A stretch of DNA of 50,512 nucleotides from contig NW_021834245.1 of assembly GCF_006345805.1 (NCBI RefSeq), forward strand, positions 1-50,512. The letters are read 5' to 3'. The position numbers and the translations under genes are program-made. Positions 10,985-22,802 of the stretch are shown here, piece after piece. How positions within the stretch are numbered: the first letter of the stretch is position 1; each line of letters opens with the position of its first letter. Origin of the DNA: Octopus sinensis (taxonomy: Eukaryota). A model generated the notes under the pieces. That model worked only from the letters and a program-made list of their open reading frames with translations, had not been told where the DNA came from and searched no databases.

Positions 10985-11345
10985 TAGCTGTTCAGCAGAA
11001 GAAACTGATAGAATAAGCACCAGGCTTACAGGGAATAAGCCCAGGGGTCAATTTCTTCGACTAAAAGGAGGTTGTTGTTGTTGTTAAGCAACAAGACGGG
11101 TAAGGGTGATTAGGTGATGGTCTAGGGCTTAGGGGCAGGAGACCCCAGACCTTGGAAAAGAAAAAACTTTGGTCATCTTGTTGTAGTTGAGGGCGCTTTG
11201 TTGATGCCCAACACCACTGGGAGGTGGCCCCCGAAGTCGCTGGAAATGGATATCTCCAGCTCCAAATTCTTGAATGGTACTAAAGGGTGGTGCTCCAGCA
11301 TGGCCACTGCCAAATGACTGAAACAAATAAAAGAATAAAGAATAC
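10985..11345 (+). mobile_element. SINE family A 3' part, interrupted by an insert of about 210 bp
   Basis: The tail is split at ACTAAA, which appears on both sides of the insert (11060 and 11278). Confidence 0.75.
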
Positions 11346-11699
11346 CAGAAAAACGTTCTGTACCACTAAACCAAGAAGGTTCTTTGAATATGTATGATGT
11401 ATTCTAAGGTTAAATAGTAATTCCATTCACGTTTGTGTATCTGAGATATTTTGGTTGGATTATAAAGTCATTGGTGTTGCATTACTTTCTGTATTCTATA
11501 AGTGTCACAATATACTTTTCTAGGCCTGAAATTTCTTTTGGGGTGGGGGGCAGTTGATTAGATCGACCCAGTACACAACTGGTACTTAATTTATCGACCC
11601 CCCAGAAGGACGAAAGTCAAAATTGACCTCAACAGAATTTGAACTCAGAATGTAAAGACAGACGGTCATAATATACAAACATTTTTCATGGCACCAGTA

Positions 11700-11995
11700 C
11701 AGTGAATTATTCAAACTCCAAAGAATTCCTCTCGAAACATGGCTACAATGCTCCTCCACTACTTCTGCTCATGATCAGAGATGCACATATCGTCAACCAC
11801 TAAGGACATGCTCAAGTGGTTAAGGTCAAACAACTGACCAGAAAATCTGTGGTATTGAGCAGAATATTTGCTGTAGGCCATCTTTTATACCAAGACAAAA
11901 CAATGTACATGATAACACTTGCAATCAGTTAAGATCAGAAGCCACAAGAGCCACTGCCTGGTACTGCATCAGGGCATTTATTATTATTGTTGTTG
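11700..11995 (+). mobile_element. Retroposon 3' end with (ATT)n tail, copy 1
   Basis: 11772-11975 is an inverted match to 12917-13123. It ends CTGGTACTGCATCAGGGCATTTATTATT. Confidence 0.75.
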
Positions 11996-12015
11996 TTTTC
12001 ATTATTGTTCTTATC

Positions 12016-12352
12016 AAGGCAGTGAGCTGGCAGAATCGTTAGCAGTCAGAGTCAGTAAAATAGATACAATCACTTAATTACATAGAGAAGTTGGAGTCAG
12101 TAAAATAGACCAGAATCACTTAATTACATAGAGGAGTCAGAGTCGAAGGTGCCAATAGTAGAGGAGTCAGAGTCGAGGTTTTTTGTTTTGACTCCACAGC
12201 CCTGGTTCTGAGTTCAAATTCTTCTGAAGTTGGCTTTGCTTTTCATCCTTTCAGGGTTGATAAAATAAAGTACCAGTTGAACACTGGGGTCAATGTCCCT
12301 GACTTGTCCCCCTCCCCTTAAAAATTGTTGGTCTTGTGTCAAAATTAGAAAG
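12016..12352 (+). mobile_element. SINE family C with a nested hAT-like MITE end (12044-12204)
   Basis: Head AAGGCAGTGAGCTGGCAGAATCGTTAGC resumes at GTTCTGAGTTCAAATTC. The insert has GGAGTCAGAGTC repeats and ends GACTCCACAGCCCTG. Confidence 0.7.
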
Positions 12353-12683
12353 AATTTATCTTTAATGGTCAAATAATTAGCTATTTAACCAATTAACTGC
12401 TTGATGAACCCGATTAATTGATTGACTTACAGAGTCATCAAACAATTGGTTAGTTAATCGGTTAAATAATTAACTAAGTTATCTAACAATGGTTTCAAAT
12501 TTTGGCATATGGCCAGCAATTTAGGGGAAGTGGGCAGTCAATTACATCAATCTCTGTCCTCAGCTGGTACTTAATTTATTGACTCTGAAAGGATGAACCC
12601 TAGCAGAATTTGAATTCAGAATGCAAAGATGAATAAAATATCGCTCAGCATTCCACCCAGCATGCTAACAATTCTTAACGATG

Positions 12684-12737
<54 letters not shown>

Positions 12738-12821
12738 TGTCAAAATATTGTTCATTTGATAACAGTCACACTTTTCTTTATTGTTTCTTTACTTTCTGGA
12801 GGAGGAACATCAATCCTATAA

Positions 12822-12846
12822 CTACTACTACTACTACTACTACTAC

Positions 12847-12917
<71 letters not shown>

Positions 12918-13123
12918 CCCTGATGCAGTACCAGGCAGTGGCTCTCGTGGCTTCTGATCTTAACCAATTGGAAGTGTTATCATGTACATTGTTTTGTCTT
13001 GGGCATAAAAGATGGGCTACAGTAAATATTCTGCTCAATACCACAAATTTGCTTGTCAGTTGTTTGACCTTAACCACTTGAGCATGTCCCTTGGTGGCTG
13101 ACGATATGTGCATCTATGATCAC
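12822..13123 (-). mobile_element. Retroposon 3' end with expanded (ATT)n(AGT)n tail, copy 2
   Basis: Reverse complement of 11772-11975 plus the microsatellite at 12822-12916. Confidence 0.75.
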
Positions 13124-13416
13124 AAAACCAAATATATGGCACCCAAGGCATAACACCAACTTCTAACTTGTTGTCTCTTGATGAGATTTGGAGCCAACTT
13201 GTACGAATGCAAAACAAAAGTCAAACATAAAATAATAATAATAATCCTTTCCGCTATTGGCACAAGGTCTGGAATTTGTGGAGAGAGGGTAAGTTGATTA
13301 CATTGGCCCTCAATAGTTGACTTGTACTTAATTTATTGACCCGGAAAGGATGAAAGGCAAAGTTGACCTCAGTGGAATTTGAACTCAGAATGTAGTGGTA
13401 GGCAAAATGCCACAGA

Positions 13417-13660
13417 GAATCTTGGGTTAGTAGCCCATGCTCTTAACCCCAAGATTCCGAGTTTGATTCCAAGCATTGACGTGAACACTAATGATAATAA
13501 TAACATAGAAAAAAAAATATCTTAGGAATGAGAACCCAGGTTTGAAATTTCCCCAAGATACCTTATGAAGGCTGGAGGGTATATCAGACAAAACGTGTTA
13601 ACAACCAACAAGATGAGGACAAATATCTGTCAAATGTAATTAACGTAAATAATGTACATG
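13417..13660 (+). mobile_element. tRNA-headed element with a Penelope-like hammerhead tail, copy 2
   Basis: Homologous to 5288-5741 in the opposite orientation. The 5' end is folded back (AATCTTGGG...CCCAAGATT). Core reads CTTATGA-A-GGCTG..CAGAC-AAAACGT. Confidence 0.7.
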
Positions 13661-13701
13661 CATGCATGTATGTATCTATGTAGGTGTGTGTATGTGTGTA
13701 T

Positions 13702-13739
<38 letters not shown>

Positions 13740-13913
13740 TGTGTGAAGCACCTCATCCACCACCACCACCACCACTAATAACAACAACAGCAGCAACACA
13801 CACTAAAATATTTTCCATTTTCCACTTACCCAACAACAAAAGTATTATTAACATTCATCAGTCAAGTGACATTACAATTATTAAAACAAACATCATCATT
13901 ATGATTATGCTCT

Positions 13914-14484
13914 ATTATTATTATTATTATTATTTTATTATTATTATTATTATTATTTTATTATATTATTATTATTATTATTTATTATTATTATTATTAA
14001 TATTTATTATTATTATTATTTTATTATTATTATTAATATTTATTATTAATTATTATTGTTATTATTATTATTATTATTATCATTTTTATTATATTATTAT
14101 TATTGTTGTTATTATTATTGTTGTTATTATTATTATTATTATTATTATTAATATTTATATTATTGTTGTTATTATTATTATCATTATTATGTTATTATTA
14201 TTATTATTATTATTAATATTTATTATTATTATTATGTTATTATTATTATTATTTTATTATTATTATTAATATTTATTATTATTGTTGTTATTATTATTGT
14301 TGTTATTATTATTATTATTATTATTAATATTATTATTATTGTTGTTATTATTATTATTATTATTATTAATATTATTATTATTATTATTATTATCATTTTT
14401 ATTAATATTATTATTATTATTGTTGTTATTATTATTAATATTTATTATTATTGTTGTTATTATTATTAATATTTATTATTATTG

Positions 14485-14525
<41 letters not shown>

Positions 14526-14539
14526 ATTTATTATTATTG

Positions 14540-14576
<37 letters not shown>

Positions 14577-14591
14577 ATTTATTATTATTAT

Positions 14592-14623
<32 letters not shown>

Positions 14624-14635
14624 TCATTGTTATTA
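13914..14635. repeat. (TTA)n microsatellite, about 720 bp, imperfect
   Basis: Directly visible. Confidence 0.95.
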
Positions 14636-15227
14636 TAAGGACGGCACTCAACGACAACGATGAGAGAAAGAGATGGAAAACGAAGGGGAGTGATAGAAGA
14701 AGGAGTAGGAGGTGGTAGAGGAGGAACAGTAGTAGAAGTAAGAGGTAAGCCTGCTTGACAGAGGCATCAAAGCCAGACATGTTAAACCAATATTATAGAG
14801 AAGTATTAAAACAAAAGCAGCAAATACTATCAGCTTTTGCGTTATTGCGTTATAGTTGTTCACGCTGTCATCTCTCTCTCTCTCTCTTAGTCTTTGTCTT
14901 ATATTATTGATTTACTCAACCGTGTCAGCATAGTTTTTGCGGATCAATTTATCTTGACATATATCTAAGGCTAAATGTCACAGCATTTATGATTATATAC
15001 ACTGGCAAGTCACAGACAAAGACGAGACGTAGATGTTAAAATAATAAAAAAAAAAGAGAAAAGACAGACGTAGCATTGTAGCAATTCGCCTCTTGTGCCT
15101 GTAATTACTACACACACCACACACACACACACACCACACAGACAGACAGACAGACAGAGGCAGCCACTAGTTAGACATGTCCTCACGCCTGTTGAGTCTC
15201 GTGAACAATGCTTGTTAAGTTAATGTC

Positions 15228-15342
15228 TATGTTGGAGGTGTTGGTGGAGATGGTGGTGGTGGTGATGATAGTTGTTGATAGCAATGATGGGGGTGATGAT
15301 GATGATGGTTGTGGCAGTGGGTAGAGATGGTGGCGGTGGTGG

Positions 15343-15373
<31 letters not shown>

Positions 15374-15958
15374 AACGGTGTTACTGATCATATCCATTAG
15401 TGGCGAGATGGTGATGACATTGGTGATGGTGGTGGTGATAGTGGTGGGAATGGTGATGATGGTAAGGGAATTGATGATGATGATGTTGACGATGGTGGCA
15501 ATAATAACGACAACGATGACGATGATGAAAATGGTAGCAATAATAATGACGATAACGATGATGATGATGATGATGATGATGATGAGAATGGTGGCTATAA
15601 TAATGATGACGATAACGATGATGATGATGATGAGAATGGTGGCTATAATAATGATGACGATAACGAGGATGACGATGATGATGATGATATGATGATGATG
15701 ATGATGAGAATGGTGGCTATAATAATGACAACGATGATGACAACGACGACGACGATGATGATGATAATGATGACGACGACGAGTATAATGATGATGATGA
15801 AGATGACAATCGTGGCAACGATGATGATGCTGACAGTCACAATAATTAAGATGATGACCATGATGATGATGGTTACAGAGACGACTATAACAGTGCTGCT
15901 GCTGCTGATGATGATGATGATAATGATGATGGCAATGACGATGATGATAAAGATGAAA
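15228..15958. repeat. (GAT)n/(GGT)n mosaic with a higher-order GAGAATGGTGGCTATAATAATGATGACGATAAC unit
   Basis: Directly visible; the unit recurs about 4 times between 15530 and 15730. Confidence 0.9.
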
Positions 15959-16434
15959 CATTTATAAACAGCAAATACGTTGGGGTTTTTTTCCCCCTCA
16001 GTCCTTATGGCAAAGTCTCAGATACGCCGCTGTGTATCATCACCATCGTTGATGTTGTTGTCGTTGTTGCTGTCATCAGATTAATGATCGCATTTCCCCG
16101 AATGTATGAGTCTGACAGAATTTATCAAGGCACATTTATTTATTATTATTCTTTTTCTTTTTCCAGCCAAAATGCCCTTCCTGTCACCTGCCTCCACCTG
16201 TTTTCAAGCAAAAAAAAAGGCATTCTCTTCCCCCCCGAGGCCAGCCGTGTTTTCACAAAAGATCAGAAATGAAAGAAGCTGCTTGTATGATAGTGGCACT
16301 CATTTTACTGCTGTTGCGCAATGTCAAGACAAGGAGAGAGAGAGACATACGCACACCCACGCATACAAGCAATAAGGTCGCGTTAGCATCGAAAGTGAAA
16401 GTGTGAGACAAACACTCAGATTCATTCGCAATGA

Positions 16435-17030
16435 ATATACACACACACACACAGAGACCCATATACACATATATACACACACATACACAAAATTACACAT
16501 ATATACACGCACATACACACACACACACATATACACTTATATACACATACACAAACTTACAAACACGCCCACAGACACATACACACATATACACACACGC
16601 CCAGACATACACACACACATACACATACACACACATACACAAACTTATACACACGCCCACACACACATACACAAACTTATACACACGCCCACACACACAT
16701 ACACAAACTTATACACACGCCCCCACACACATATACATGTACATACACAAACTTACACACAACCACACACATATACACAAACCTACTTCCACACGCCCAC
16801 ACACACACTCACACATACATACACACATATACATACACATACACGCACATACACAAACTTACATCCACACGCCCACACACATATACATGAACATATACAC
16901 GCACATACACAAACTTACATCTACATGCGCAGACACACACATACACACACACACACATATATATACACACATACATGCACATACACAAACTTACACGGCA
17001 CACTCACCCACACACACACATACACACACA
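16435..17030. repeat. (CA)-rich minisatellite with ACAAACTTA(T/C)ACACACGCCCAC units
   Basis: Directly visible. Confidence 0.9.
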
Positions 17031-17610
17031 TTATCATCACTACAACCCTGCTGCCAACATCCCTCTAGCCTCCCCAACTCGTGCCCCCCTCCTCTTAATG
17101 CTTCCCAATCTTTATATCTGTTGCCTACTTCCCTCCCCTCATACACTCTTGTAACCGCCCCCCACACACACACACTCACTACTAAGCCTCATGCCTGAGG
17201 TACCACCTGGACATCTCATCACCATAACTTATCTCTTTGGAGATACCCCCAATTCATTCTCATTCTCTCTCCTCCATGTGAGTAGCCATGTAGCTCCTCT
17301 CCAACAAAAACCTGCTCTACTATGACCTCTTCTCTCATACCTTAACCCCTTTCTAACAAAAGGATGCAGCAGTCAGCCCTGCCTCGGGTTTTGTAGAGTT
17401 GTGAGTCACACATGGTGACCTCAATAGCACTGGTGACATGAAAAATGCACCCTGTACATGTTGGGAAGTGGTTGGCATTAAGAAGGGCATCCAGCAGACA
17501 CTGGAGCACAATGTGATCCTTGGAGTCATCGGACCCTTGTCAAACGTTCCAAGCCCACAAGCCCATACCAGAATGGAACACAGATGTTAAATGATGACAA
17601 TGATGATGCA

Positions 17611-17794
17611 CAGGCATGGCTGTGTGGTAAGAAGCTTGCTTCCCAACCACGTGGTTTTAAGTTCAGCCCCACTGCGTGGCACCTTGGGCAAGTGTCTTCT
17701 ACTATAGCCTCAGGCTGACCAAAGCCTCGTGAGTGGATTTGGTAGACGGAAACTGAAAAGAAGCTTGTTGCATAGACATATATATGCATGTGTA

Positions 17795-17850
<56 letters not shown>
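17611..17850 (+). mobile_element. SINE family A, 5' half
   Basis: GGCATGGCTGTGTGGTAAGAAGCTTGCTTCCCAACCAC...GGCACCTTGGGCAAGTGTCTTCTACTATAGCC, then (TG)n. Confidence 0.85.
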
Positions 17851-17851
<1 letters not shown>

Positions 17852-18145
17852 AGGCGCAATGGTCCAGTGGTTAGGGCAGCGGACTCGCAGTCGGAGGAAC
17901 ATGGTTTCGAGTCCCAGACCGGGCATTGTGTGTGTTTATTGAGCAAAAACACCTAAAAGCTCCACAAGGCTCCGGCAGGGGGGTTGGGTGGCGACCCCTG
18001 TTGTACTCTTTCACCACAACTTTCTCTCACCCTCTCTTCCTGTTTCTTGAGTAACGCTGTGATGGACTGGCATCCCGTCCAGCTGGGGGGGGGACAGAAA
18101 CTGGGAATCCGGGATCATGAGCCTGGCTAGGCTTCAAAAGGGCGA
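17852..18145 (+). mobile_element. SINE family B (tRNA-derived)
   Basis: A-box TGGTCCAGTGG and B-box GTTTCGAGTCC; the body is shared with 45473-45775. Confidence 0.85.
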
Positions 18146-18629
18146 TGTTTATCGTTATATATCTATATCTATACACACACAAATATATGCACAGGCATGG
18201 CTGTGTGGTTAAGAAGTTCCCTTCCTAACCACAAGGTTTCAGGTTCAGTCCCATCATGTGCATACACATATATATGTGTGTATGTGAGCGTGGGGGCATG
18301 GGGGTGTTTACACTTGTGCATCTCCAACTATTGCAAGCTACAAGTGGTGATCTGCTGGTTTTGTGCCGCCTTTCAAAATATGCGAGATATAAGATCCTTT
18401 ACTTGAAAAACGGTTAAGGGTTAGTGATAGGAAGAGCATCCAGCAGTAAAAACCATCCATAAGTGTTACATTCATCTCACCCAGGGTAGCATTGTAAAAA
18501 AAAAAAGATTAAAAATGGATAAAAAAATTATAGAAACAAATGAATGGGTCATCACAAATGGAATGCCTTTGATCACAGGTCTGTTTAGTTAGGGATGAAC
18601 CAAGGATGAACATTCATCTACGAAGCAAT

Positions 18630-18892
18630 TGCCCCAGCTCCCCTTCAGGGTTGGCGAGAGCGATGTGGTGGACAACGAAAAACCTGGCTGATGACAGTCA
18701 AGGCTGATCTGGAACCCAACCTAGGCCTCCAATAACTACGGCGTTTGCCGCTGGAATAAGGAGTGGTTGGAGATCATGCGGTCATTAGCCTCAAATCGCC
18801 AGGTCTGGTCAGCGTTTGTGAGAGATGCAGCATTGAGGATGAATGAAGCCAGCTCAACCCACCCCGGGTGAATGCTGTCTCAGGACAAGAAG
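18630..18892 (+). mobile_element. RTE-clade LINE 3' end (second RTE family)
   Basis: Translation QGWRERCGGQRKTWLMTVKADLE / YGVCRWNKEWLEIMRSLASNRQVWSAFVRDA...PG* (one frameshift), a typical RTE C-terminus with a very short UTR. Confidence 0.75.
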
Positions 18893-19564
18893 ATTCATAT
18901 GAAAAGTTATGACTAGAGTAATGGGTAAGAAAGAACATTGAGTACATAAATAGAAGAAAGAAGAAAGAAAGAAAGAAAGAAAGAAAGAGAAACAGAAGGA
19001 AGATGTATAATAATGTGAAACCTACCTTTGATGGAAACTATGAAGTTCAGGCGAAATAGCATTTGAGCTCGGTTAAAGGAATATTTCATTTCATTAATTC
19101 TACCTGTAATTACAAAGATACATTAATAAGATCTCGTTATGTTGAAACATTGTTGAACAAATATAGGGACAGGATGAAAGCCACGACAAATACAGATGTA
19201 AGTGACAAAATAAATGCATGATGGTTGCCAGATGTGGTGTTGTGGTTAAGCAGTTCATTTTGGAACCATGAGGTTGCAGGTTCAATCCCACTGCACGGCA
19301 ACTCAGGCAGGTGTCTTCTATCGTAATACTGGTATGACCACATCTTTCAGTTTCCATCTACCAAATCCATCCACAAGAGTTTTGGTCAACAAGGGGGTTA
19401 TAAAAGACAAGTGCATAAGGTGCTGCACTCTGGGATTGAACCAGGAACCATGTGGTTTGGGAAGTGAACTTCTTAACCACACAGCCATACCTGCGTCTAA
19501 TTGTTTAAGAAAATATTTCAGCATTCAGTCCTCATCACTTTCAGATTATGGGCACAAACATGGC

Positions 19565-19768
19565 TTTTTTTTTTTTTCTCTAGTTTCAGCTCAGAGCTGT
19601 GGCCATGCTGATGCATCACCGTTTTGCTACACTGTTATTACTAAGAGCCTCCTCTAATATGTGGCACTTGGTGATAAATGGAGTTTGGTATAGCTATCCT
19701 CATTTGCACCTATTGCCGTGAGGTAGGTTCATCTGGGACTCTCGACAGGAAAAGGTTCAGCTCTTGAC
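19565..19768 (-). mobile_element. CR1-group-like LINE 3' end
   Basis: Minus strand ELNLFLSRVPDEP...IPNSIYHQ resembles the LD.FL..VPDEP...NS C-terminus. The tail reads CAGCATGGCCACAGCTCTGAGCTGAAAC then poly(A). Confidence 0.65.
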
Positions 19769-20164
19769 AGGTTGTGTAGCTTAAGAAGTCTGTTTCACAA
19801 CGATTTGATTTCAGGTTCATATCTTCTGTTTGATATTTTGGACAAGTAACTTTTAGCCATCGCCTTGATGCTGAAATGTTTCAAGCCTAAAAACAGATAA
19901 TTTAAAAAAAAAAAAAAAAAAAACAAAACAAAAGCTGAAAATGTATAATAAATTTTAAAATTCCTACTAAAATGTTAAAAAAAAATTGATATTTTCATAG
20001 GATTGTTAAAAAAACACCTTTTGGAGCTAATCAACAGCAGCATTCATCCTATATTTCTGGACTGCCATATTAGCTTGGTGATAACTATTAATATCCAGTA
20101 CTGCTACCTTAGTCTCCTTTAGACAGACTTAGAAATAATGATATTTCTATTATATATAGATATA

Positions 20165-20322
20165 TGATGGGCTGCTTTCAGTTTCTATCTACTAAATCCA
20201 CTCACAAGGCTTTGGTCAGCCTGTGGCTATAATAGAAGACACTTGCCTAAGGTGCCACACAGTGGGACTGAACCTGGAACCATGTGGTTGGTAAGCAAGC
20301 TGCTTACCACACAGCCACTCCA
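20165..20322 (-). mobile_element. SINE family A, 5' half
   Basis: Reverse complement of the family A head. Similar partial copies lie at 19345-19495, 25330-25545, 25590-25712, 33090-33270 and 48030-48185. Confidence 0.8.
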
Positions 20323-20578
20323 ACACCTTTATGTTCTGAGTTCAAGTTCTGTTGAAGTTGACTTTGCCTTTCATTCTTTTCAGTTTGAAATCATTATTTT
20401 TTTAGGCAACTAGTTAATTAATTAACTAAATGGATTGCTTGGTCAATCATTTGGTCACTCGGTCAGTAGGTTTGTCAGACCTTTTGCAACCTCATCAATA
20501 ATGAACCTTTGTCTGTCGCACTCACAATCTCATTTGTTAATTGGTTAATTAGCTAACTAGTTGATAACTACAACAACA

Positions 20579-20655
<77 letters not shown>

Positions 20656-20763
20656 TTTTCAACTAGCAATAACCAAGCCTCAGATTTACCTCATTGGAGG
20701 CATGGTTATCGCTAGTTGAAAATTATTATTATTATTAGTAGTAGTAGTAGTAGTAGTAGTAGT
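20579..20763. repeat. Fold-back inverted repeat that includes mirrored microsatellites
   Basis: (CTA)n(ATA)n-ATTTTCAACTAGCAATAACCA-A-GCCTC / GAGGC-A-TGGTTATCGCTAGTTGAAAAT-(TAT)n(TAG)n. Confidence 0.85.
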
Positions 20764-21112
20764 GATGATGATAATCCTTACTACTATAGGCACAAGGCCA
20801 GAAATTTTGGTGGGGAGGGGTCTAATCGATTGCATCGACCCCAATGCTCAACTGCATCGAACTTGAAAGGATGAAAGGTAAAGTCAACCTCAGCGGAATT
20901 TGAACTCAGAATATAGCAACAGATGAAATGCCGCTAAGTAAGTATTTTGCCCAGCGTGCTAAGGATTCTGCTTGCTTGCTGGCTTAATCATCATCATCAT
21001 CATCATCATTTAACATCTGCTTTCCATGTATATTCTACCTGTTTTATGTTCAAACTGGCCAGATCCAGCCTCTCACACTAACCCCATAATGTCATTCTAA
21101 AAATAACAAATA

Positions 21113-21730
21113 GGTGTAGGAGTGGCTGTGTGGTAAGTAGCTTGCTTACGAACCACATGGTTCCGGGTTCAGTCCTACTGTGTGGCACCTTGGGCAAGCG
21201 TTTTCTACTATAGCCTTAGGCCGACCAAAGCCTTGTGAGTGGATTTGGTAGACGGAAACTGAAAGAAGCCCATCGTATATATGTATATATATGTATAGTT
21301 AATCCAAACAAGAAAGCACAAAAAAACACAACAACGTGAGGACATGGAACAAATATAGTATTATTGGACACTCAGGAAAGAAGGAAAGAAGGAAGGTTTA
21401 ACGTTTCGAGCGGAGCTCTTCATTGGAAACATAGGAGAAGGAAAGATCCAGAGAAGGGAAGACAGAGGAAAAAAAATCGCCAACGGTACACAGGCAGTCA
21501 CGTTTTGCATATATGCATGTGTGTGTGTATATGTTTGTCACCCCAACATCGCTTCACAACCGATGCTGGTGTGTTTATGTCCCTGTAACTTAGCGGTTCG
21601 GCGAAAGAGTGGGATAGAATAAGCACTAGGCTTACAAAGAATAAGTCCTGGGGTCGATTTGCTCGACTGAAAAAAAGGCGGAGCTCCAGCATGGCCACAG
21701 TCAACTGACTGAAACAAGTAAAAGAGTAAA
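21113..21730 (+). mobile_element. Full-length SINE family A carrying a nested Penelope-like element
   Basis: Head, (TA) spacer interrupted at 21297-21506, complete tail. Confidence 0.9.
21297..21506 (-). mobile_element. About 200-bp Penelope pseudo-LTR-like element, copy 2
   Basis: Matches 3911-4112. The minus strand reads CCAATGA-A-GAGC-TCC-GCTC-GAAACGTTA. Confidence 0.65.
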
Positions 21731-21826
21731 TACCTCATCGAAATTTCAAAGCTCTGAGATACTGTTTGGTTGATTCAGAAATGCGAATAAAGGAGCATTA
21801 CATTTGATGGAATAATCTAAGGGTTC

Positions 21827-22802
21827 AAGGCAGCGAGCTGGCAGAAACGTTAGTATGCGGGGCAAAACGCATAGCCATATTTCGTCTGCCGTTACGTTCT
21901 GAGTTCAAATTCCGCCGACGTCGACTTTGCCTTTCATCCTTTCGGGGGCGATTAAATAAGTACCAGTAAACACACTGGGAGTCGATATAATTGACTTAAT
22001 CCGTTTGTCTGTCCTTATTTGTCCCCTCTGTGTGTAGCCCCTTGTGGGTAGTAAAGAAATAGATATTTCATCTGCCATTACGTTCTGAGTTCAAATTCCG
22101 CCGACGTCGACTTTGTCTTTCATCCTTTCGGGGTCGATTAAATAAGTACCAGTAAACGCACTGGTGTCGATGTAATCGACTTAATCCGTGTGTCTGTCCT
22201 TGTTTGTCCCCTCTGCGTGTAGCCCCTTGTGGGCAGTAAGGAAATAGGTATTTCATCTGCCATTACGTTCTGAGTTCAAATTCTGCCGACGTCGACTTTG
22301 TCTTTCGTCCTTTCAGGGTCGATTAAATAAGTACCAGTAAACGCACTGGGGTCGATATAATCGACTTAATCCGTTTGTCTGTCCTTGTTTGTCCCCTCTG
22401 TCTGTAGCCCCTTGTGGGCAGTAAAGAAATAGGTATTTCATCTGCCATTACGTTCTGAGTTCAAATTCCACCGACATCGACTTTGCCTTTCATCCTTTCG
22501 GGGTCGATTAAATAAGTACCAGTTACGCACTGGGGTCGATATAATCGACTTAATCCGTTTGTCTGTCCTTGTTTGTCCCCTCTGTGTGTAGCCCCTTGTG
22601 GGCAGTAAAGAAATAGGTATTTCATCTGCCATTACGTTCTGAGTTCAAATTCCACCGACATCGACTTTGCCTTTCATCCTTTCGGGGTCGATTAAATAAG
22701 TACCAGTTACGCACTGGTGTCGATATAATTGATTTAATCCATTTGACTGTCCTTGTTTGTCCCCTCTGTGTGTAGCCCCTTGTGGGCAGTAAAGAAATAA
22801 GA
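21827..22802 (+). mobile_element. SINE family C: one head plus five tandem 184-186 bp bodies
   Basis: Units start at TATTTC 21878, 22064, 22249, 22434 and 22618. They are flanked by the direct repeat GAATAATCT(A/G)AGGG(T/C)TCAAGG at 21810-21830 and 22801-22821. Confidence 0.92.

Noticed and set aside
13652-17198. Poly-I/L/Y/M/H and HT-repeat ORFs (also 618-1205, 7132-8144, 25589-26362, 37898-38412)
   Set aside because: These are translations of microsatellites with no domain content.
21878-22063. Hammerhead ribozyme in the 185-bp SINE unit
   Set aside because: No CTGANGA...GAAA core with stem II was seen on either strand. Other ribozyme classes were not excluded.
21878-22802. CRISPR-like array (also 8425-9465, 34697-35113, 37568-37716)
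   Set aside because: Contiguous tandem units without unique spacers, no cas genes, eukaryotic context.
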